Assembly (NCBI GenBank): GCA_038870455.1
Contig: JAWCPB010000018.1
Coordinates: 8,001-23,359, forward strand
DNA length: 15,359 nucleotides
Source of the DNA: Candidatus Micrarchaeia archaeon
Lineage (GTDB): Archaea > Micrarchaeota > Micrarchaeia > Burarchaeales > JACRGF01
Direction of reading: 5' to 3'
Under the pieces are notes generated by a model. It was not told the origin of the DNA and made no database searches. It saw only the letters and a program-made list of their open reading frames with translations. This document shows positions 15,281-15,359 of this stretch, one piece after another; within the stretch, counting starts at the first letter, position 1, and every line of letters begins with the position of its first letter. Both the position numbers and the translations under genes were made by a program.

Positions 15281-15359
15281 GCTTTGTTTTCATACTATTA
15301 CCAACTTCTTCCATTACTGGAAGTGTGGGGTATCTGGGCGGTGTTCATCAATCGGGTTT

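Noticed and set aside
15301-15359. Short hairpin (15308-15323) and a minus-strand TGATGA box suggesting an RNA gene
   Set aside because: Truncated by the window edge; no tRNA cloverleaf or complete C/D box pair can be supported.

Overview
GC-rich archaeal chromosomal segment with TATA/BRE promoters, several leaderless genes and GGTG(A)-type SD motifs; the gene set suggests DPANN, possibly Micrarchaeota (inference). From left to right: a cluster of tandem hairpin repeats; a hydrogenase maturation protease converging on and overlapping a two-gene group 3-type [NiFe]-hydrogenase operon (short small subunit plus large subunit); a divergent copper-export operon (DUF2933-like, CopZ, CopA with C-terminal YHS/TRASH domain, three unannotated micro-ORFs, DUF1405, a membrane-anchored protein); a frameshifted membrane protein + inactive RecA/KaiC-fold gene pair; an Lhr helicase-YkgJ-DUF72 operon; a peptide-repeat protein; a KaiC-like ATPase translationally coupled to a V4R protein whose N-terminus looks like a single TBP repeat; a wHTH protein; an Ig-like protein; a PRC-barrel protein; and an AT-rich end carrying a solo Cas2/VapD-like gene with a palindromic operator. 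The most promising novelties are the KaiC + TBP-like/V4R module, the minimal hydrogenase with an Asp in place of a cluster Cys, and the hairpin-repeat array. All family calls come from motif recognition by eye; no database searches were run.
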